A DNA stretch of 64,000 nucleotides. It comes from Macrostomum lignano. Lineage: Eukaryota. Shown piece by piece: positions 63,448 through 64,000 of the stretch. The notes under the pieces were generated by a model. That model saw only the letters and a list, made by a program, of their open reading frames with translations, was not told where the DNA came from and searched no databases. The stretch is taken from the NCBI GenBank assembly GCA_002269645.1, contig NIVC01000995.1, positions 124,001 through 188,000 of the forward strand, read 5' to 3'. Numbering within the stretch: position 1 is the first letter of the stretch; each line of letters opens with the position of its first letter. Position numbers and translations under genes: made by a program.

Positions 63448-64000
63448 GCAAAATCTTACCCGTTTCAACTTCATGAAAGGCCGGGAGAGAAAGTTAATCA
63501 TTGCAGGCTACAATACTAAGCTCAGGTTTAAATACGCGTATATAAGTTTGTCGATTCGATCGAAATTGCGACTCCGCGGGGAGAGGGGCCGGGAGGAGGA
63601 GCTGTAAGACGCTGAAGTCGCCGCCGACCTCAGAGACCTCAGAGGGCTCAACTGCCTCTCTAGTCGCAATCTGTCCGAGCTCTACCGCCGCCGCTGCTCA
63701 AGGATCCGACCCTGCTGCGCTAGCGAATCTATTTTCTTTAGCTAAGATATTCTCCGTCCCACCCTATTTCAGCAGACTGCCAGACGGAAGGGAGAGAGAG
63801 ATATCGGCAAGGGCCGTGGCGCCTTCTCAGCTAGATCGTTGGGGATCTACAGGAAGGGAGGTAAGGCGAGTCACATCGGCCCGCACATGGCCAACCCCCG
63901 GTCCTGGACCAGAGTACACCGCGGAGAGGGGAGTCCGTGAGGATGGGAGAGTCGCCGAGAAGGCAGAGAGACGAGAGGAGAAGAGGCTGGCAGATGCGTG

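Overview
Eukaryotic (animal) genomic DNA with spliced genes whose introns are filled with locus-specific minisatellites. The style (poly-Ala/Gln-rich exons, tandem-repeat-packed introns) suggests a free-living flatworm such as Macrostomum; this is inference and was not tested. Four multi-exon genes can be reconstructed by hand with consistent splice phases: (1) the 3' part of a Delta-like EGF/transmembrane Notch ligand (+, 366-7181); (2) a complete 14-exon USP32 deubiquitinase (-, 19802-32784, 1456 aa); (3) a complete 15-exon RasGRP (+, 39317-53188); (4) an unidentified Gln/Ala-rich gene (-, 56251-60340). There are also two orphan single-exon ORFs: a 97-aa prepropeptide (-, 13857-14150) with signal peptide, RKRR site and a 2-Cys 28-aa mature peptide, which is the best novelty candidate, and a 138-aa ORF ending in PPxY upstream of USP32. 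Mobile DNA: a 5'-truncated RNase H-bearing LINE with a 14-bp TSD, two CAAGGA/CAAAGA-terminated MITEs with 8-bp TSDs, TSD-less TIR elements (possibly Crypton-like) carrying gene tails ending in an NCxF motif, and two SINE families. Two GC-AG introns, an AT-rich island holding USP32 exon 1, and a tandem array of CLEAR/E-box palindromes were also seen. Most long ORFs in the supplied track are artefacts of stop-free tandem repeats. All coordinates were counted by hand; repeat boundaries are approximate.
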